From Bacteroidia bacterium (lineage in GTDB: Bacteria; Bacteroidota; Bacteroidia; UBA8524): DNA of 64,000 nt. Of this stretch, positions 60,385 through 64,000 are shown one piece after another; position 1 is the first letter of the stretch, and each line of letters begins with the position of its first letter. The DNA is taken from contig CAXPEB010000066.1 in NCBI GenBank assembly GCA_964215915.1, forward strand, positions 34,349-98,348, in the 5' to 3' direction. Made by a program: the position numbers and the translations under genes. Under the pieces are notes generated by a model, which did no database searches, was not told the origin of the DNA, and saw nothing but the letters and a program-made list of their open reading frames with translations.

Positions 60385-61491
60385 ATGATGCCGCGCTATG
60401 CTTACGATTTGCTGAAAGCGCTGGAAATTGGCGGTAAAACGCCTGTCCTGCCTTTCGGAGGCTTGTGGTATGCCTGTTCCACAGAAGCAGTGAAGAAGAT
60501 CCTGCATGAGGATGCTCCGCTGTTTGAAAGGGACACGCAGCTTACCCGCTGGGCGGAAGTAGAATCATACTTCCCTCAACAGCCTTTGAACCTGCTGAAA
60601 CATTTCGGCAGACAGGGACGGGTGAAAGAACCTGCTCCGGAATACCCGGACTGGTCAAAACGACCGGAAAAGGAATTGCTTAAGGAGGAGAACCTTGCCG
60701 GAATGCTTCTGGCAAGCTTGCTTCAGCCTTATACCGAAGCCATACCGGAGCAGGTTATTACCGCTTTTCATCAGGCATCTGTTTACCTGGAAGACCGCCG
60801 AAGCGGCCGGGTAGAGGCCTCCCTTCACCTGGATCACTGGCATCAGTCTGCAAGAGAAGCCCTGAGCCAGGCTCTTGGGGAAGTAATGCAGGAGAACGCT
60901 CCGATACCCGACGAGAAACTGTTCAGTGCCGTACTTCACAGCGCTTACCGTTCCGTGCTTAACCTGCTGGGTTGGTCGGCTTACTGGCTGTCTGAAGACC
61001 TTGCTTATGTGGATAACCTGTACGAAGCGGAAGATGCCGTTCAGCTTGAGCGGAAAGTGCATTTGTTCCTGTATGAAGTACTTCGTGTTCATCCCTCAGC
61101 CTGGGTGCTGAGCCGGAGATTAAAAGGGGAATGGAGCCTTGGAGACCGGCATTTCTCCAATGGAGAAGAACTCTTCATACCTATTCTGTGCTTCCACAGA
61201 AGTCCACGGTACTTTGAACAGCCCGAAGCATTCCTTCCTTCCCGCTTTGAAAGCAGGATGAAAGACCCCTGGTCTTACCTTCCCTTCGGAAGGGGAGTAC
61301 ATGCCTGTCCGGGTTCTACCGCCGGCCTGGGTATTGCCGCCTCCTTTGTACGGTTCCTTGTACGGGAGAAACTGCGTCCCGAAAAGTCGTTAATCAATCC
61401 GGGGCAGGAGGATACCACCATGCCCATCTCCCTGAATCCCTTTATCCCTTATCAGTTTAACCTGGTCAAACAATCAACCCTCGTATCATGA
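60385..61491 (+). CDS. Cytochrome P450, putative RiPP-modifying
   Basis: K-helix EVLR, PSRF meander, heme motif YLPFGRGVHACPG; starts 12 nt after the precursor stop. Confidence 0.88.
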   Translation: MMPRYAYDLLKALEIGGKTPVLPFGGLWYACSTEAVKKILHEDAPLFERDTQLTRWAEVESYFPQQPLNLLKHFGRQGRVKEPAPEYPDWSKRPEKELLKEENLAGMLLASLLQPYTEAIPEQVITAFHQASVYLEDRRSGRVEASLHLDHWHQSAREALSQALGEVMQENAPIPDEKLFSAVLHSAYRSVLNLLGWSAYWLSEDLAYVDNLYEAEDAVQLERKVHLFLYEVLRVHPSAWVLSRRLKGEWSLGDRHFSNGEELFIPILCFHRSPRYFEQPEAFLPSRFESRMKDPWSYLPFGRGVHACPGSTAGLGIAASFVRFLVREKLRPEKSLINPGQEDTTMPISLNPFIPYQFNLVKQSTLVS

Positions 61492-62792
61492 CACTGTTCT
61501 CCGATTACTGCGAAACACCCGACCTCGTCCGTATCAATACCTTCGAAGACGAAAAAAACCGCTATTACCTCCTTCCGGATTACCTGGAATGGTATTACCA
61601 GGATATTGATAAACCGCGTAAGTGGTACATCAAGCCGAAAAACAACAAGACCCTGGATTACGATTTCGGGAAGGGAGAGTTCGATCAGTTGCTGGTCTGT
61701 GTCACCAACCGCTGCAATATCGTTTGCGACTATTGCTTCCGGGGTTACAATTTCAGCAAGACCAAAGAAATTCAGTTTGAAGACTTCACCCGCGTTGCAG
61801 ACCACTTCCTGGCCAATTCCGGACCCGGTCGTACTATGCAGTTTACCGGAGGCGAAGTCTTTGTAAAAGAAGGGATAGAGCACTGGTTCAAATACCTGAA
61901 TGATCGTGGTTTTCGTATATGGATGACTACAAACGGGGTACACCGGAAGATTCGGGAGAATGAGCTGATCCGGGAAATTTTTGCCAATACCGGTGCCGAA
62001 CGCTACAAAACCAACGGCCACCATATCCGTGTTTCCCTGGACGGCCCTCGGGCAGAGATCCATGAAAGATACCGGCAGAAAGGCAGCTTTGACAAAGTCA
62101 TCGAGAACATACGCTACCTCAAATCCATAGGGGCATCGGTTTCCGTGAAGTCGGTGATGACCCATGAGAATGCACAGTACCTCGAAGAAATGCTGGAGTT
62201 TTGTCATGAGCTAGGACTCGATGGATGGAATTACAACGTCATCCGCTATACCGGTGCCTTGTCAGACAATCCACCCGAAGATTCCACTCCGAAGATGAAA
62301 GGCACCCTGGATTACTTCGGGTACTATGAACTGGGCCTTATGCTTGTAGATATTCTGGAACGGAAGCCCCATCTGGCCCCCTTGCTGGGTATCAGCCGCT
62401 TTTCCAAAATTCTCAACACCTTGTATATGGACCGGCCCAGTTCCGTCCCCATGTCCTATTACCTGCTGAAATTTGACGGAAATGTGTATTACAACGATAA
62501 CCTGCAATACAGCCGCTATTCACCCGGTAATATCTGGGAAAACGGAATGGATGCCTTTCGGGGGTTAAAGGAATTCAGGCAGCATTTTGATTACGATATG
62601 CCTGCCTGCAAAACCTGCCCGATCCACCGTTTCTGCTTTCAAAAGGGTGACTATGGCGAGTTGTACGAAAAGGACAAAACCCTGTCAAGTGAGTTCCCCA
62701 ATTGCGATGACATCCGAAAGCACTATTTCTACCTGATAGGGTTGAAAGAAAGGGGATTGAAGCTTACGAAAAGTATCTTCCATTATGACTGA
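61488..62792 (+). CDS. Radical SAM enzyme with SPASM-like C-terminus, putative peptide maturase
   Basis: CNIVCDYC (CxxxCxxC), FTGGE, TTNG, VSLDG..EIH..YR; C-terminal CKTCPIHRFC...FPNC. Confidence 0.9.
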   Translation: MTLFSDYCETPDLVRINTFEDEKNRYYLLPDYLEWYYQDIDKPRKWYIKPKNNKTLDYDFGKGEFDQLLVCVTNRCNIVCDYCFRGYNFSKTKEIQFEDFTRVADHFLANSGPGRTMQFTGGEVFVKEGIEHWFKYLNDRGFRIWMTTNGVHRKIRENELIREIFANTGAERYKTNGHHIRVSLDGPRAEIHERYRQKGSFDKVIENIRYLKSIGASVSVKSVMTHENAQYLEEMLEFCHELGLDGWNYNVIRYTGALSDNPPEDSTPKMKGTLDYFGYYELGLMLVDILERKPHLAPLLGISRFSKILNTLYMDRPSSVPMSYYLLKFDGNVYYNDNLQYSRYSPGNIWENGMDAFRGLKEFRQHFDYDMPACKTCPIHRFCFQKGDYGELYEKDKTLSSEFPNCDDIRKHYFYLIGLKERGLKLTKSIFHYD

Positions 62793-63456
62793 GTCTTTGG
62801 CCAACCGTTATCGGGAGGAGGGGTTTATCCTGCTCAAAGGGGTGTATGATCAGTCCGGTCTGCAACGGATCGATCGTGAGATAGACCGGCTGCGCTTCAT
62901 CCATCCCGAACTCTGCACCTTTGAAGATGAAAATGAGGGAAACCGGGAAAAGGTGCTTCATAAAATCTCGCACTTCTGCGAATACAGCAGCACTTTTCTT
63001 GAGGCTGCGTTCCATCCGGGGCTGAAGCAGGCCATAAATGAGTTGTCGGGGGAAGTGTACCTCTGTACCGACAAGATCAATTTCAAAGTGCCCGGTGCAC
63101 GAGGGTTTTACCCGCATCAGGATATGAGTGGCGAATGGCAGTTCTATGTTCCGAACATCATCAATGTATTCATCGCTCTTGACAGAAGCGATACGGAGAA
63201 CTCCTGCCTGGAAGTATCTCCGGGAAATCATCGGCGCGGATTACTGGGCCCCTACATGGGGGCAATTGAAGAGAAACACCTGGAGGGTATGGAATGGATT
63301 CCCATTATTCAGGAGCCGGGGGATGTTCTGATATTCGACGGTTTTCTGCCGCACCGTTCTGCACCTAACACCTCAGACCGCACCCGCAGAATTCTTATCT
63401 ATACCTACACCCGAAAGGAAGACGGGGATATCCGCAATAAGTTCCTGGGAAAATAG
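62785..63456 (+). CDS. PhyH-family Fe(II)/2-oxoglutarate dioxygenase
   Basis: YREEGFILL, DKINFKVPG, PHQD (HxD), PGDVLIFDG..PHRS.PN.S..RR; 8-nt overlap with the rSAM gene. Confidence 0.9.
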   Translation: MTESLANRYREEGFILLKGVYDQSGLQRIDREIDRLRFIHPELCTFEDENEGNREKVLHKISHFCEYSSTFLEAAFHPGLKQAINELSGEVYLCTDKINFKVPGARGFYPHQDMSGEWQFYVPNIINVFIALDRSDTENSCLEVSPGNHRRGLLGPYMGAIEEKHLEGMEWIPIIQEPGDVLIFDGFLPHRSAPNTSDRTRRILIYTYTRKEDGDIRNKFLGK

Positions 63457-63458
63457 AT

Positions 63459-64000
63459 TCAGAAGAAGGCCATTCCTGTCAGGACCAGTTTCAGCTGAGG
63501 ACTATGGTTGGCAGAAGAGGCATGGATCGCCTTTTCATTGAAAAATACCACGGAATAACGCTTTACGGCAAGTGCAATATGATTCGGATCATCCGGTGAA
63601 ATTGTGCGGATCATCCTGGAAAAATAATCCCGGATTCCGGAAGGTGTATGTTCCAGCAATTCCGGTGTATTGTGGGTATGGATCTTTAAATGTCCCGCTC
63701 CGTCAGAAAAATCATCCAGCGGAATCCATACCCGAACAATTTTCCGGCCTTCCCAATAGGCCGCATCCTGGTGCCAGGGAGTGTACTGTTCGGAAGGACC
63801 GGGTTTTACCACCAGTCTGTCCATAATCAGCTCCCTGCACAATGGAAAAGCCCGATGCACGCTCCGGTTCAGGGTGAGCAACTCGTTTGACGTAAGCAGC
63901 CGGTCGAGCTTGAGCAGCTTCACTCTTCCACGGTTTTGTTCCCTGAAATAAGGGTGCTTTATTAATGTTTCCCGAAGAGCAAGCAACCGAAGCGGATCAG
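63459..64000 (-). CDS. Second PhyH-family Fe(II)/2OG dioxygenase (5' end probably outside the window)
   Basis: WHQDAAYW, VWIPLDD, IHASSAN; reading frame stays open to the window edge. Confidence 0.8.
   Translation of the reverse strand, partial: DPLRLLALRETLIKHPYFREQNRGRVKLLKLDRLLTSNELLTLNRSVHRAFPLCRELIMDRLVVKPGPSEQYTPWHQDAAYWEGRKIVRVWIPLDDFSDGAGHLKIHTHNTPELLEHTPSGIRDYFSRMIRTISPDDPNHIALAVKRYSVVFFNEKAIHASSANHSPQLKLVLTGMAFF

Noticed and set aside
60124-62792. Assignment to lanthipeptide, sactipeptide/ranthipeptide, azole-containing or spliceotide classes
   Set aside because: The core has no Cys, there is no LanM or YcaO in the window, and the Tyr-Gly motif used by spliceases is absent (Y-S-G).
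1-64000. CRISPR arrays, tRNA or rRNA genes, prophage genes
   Set aside because: None recognised; intergenic spaces are short and show no repeat-spacer or cloverleaf pattern.

Overview
Chromosomal window from a Bacteroidota bacterium, judged from T9SS C-terminal sorting domains, TAnnTTTG promoters and a Bacteroidota-type purF and dcw order. Left to right: (1) the distal dcw cluster mraY-murD-ftsW-murG-murC-ftsQ-ftsA-ftsZ (1-9635); (2) a ~32 kb block of very large T9SS cargo genes, comprising four paralogous type-A-CTD proteins with a shared C-terminal stalk (PKD-PKD-CUB-PKD-PKD-GEVED-5xDUF5011-CTD) but different N-terminal tips, one of them an ALK/LTK-like glycine-rich domain, plus one type-B-CTD protein; (3) housekeeping genes recJ, lptB, purF and aroQ, an AT-rich islet with a decayed IS982-family element, and small accessory genes; (4) at the right end, a RiPP gene cluster: an NHLM-type three-gene exporter, a Nif11-leader precursor with the Cys-free core ASPVNRTSHGGWYSGD, an atypical cytochrome P450, an atypical radical SAM/SPASM enzyme and two PhyH-type Fe/2OG dioxygenases, the last cut by the window edge. 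The RiPP cluster is the best candidate for an undescribed system and the variable-tip T9SS adhesin family is second. All domain calls are motif recognition by eye; no database searches were run.
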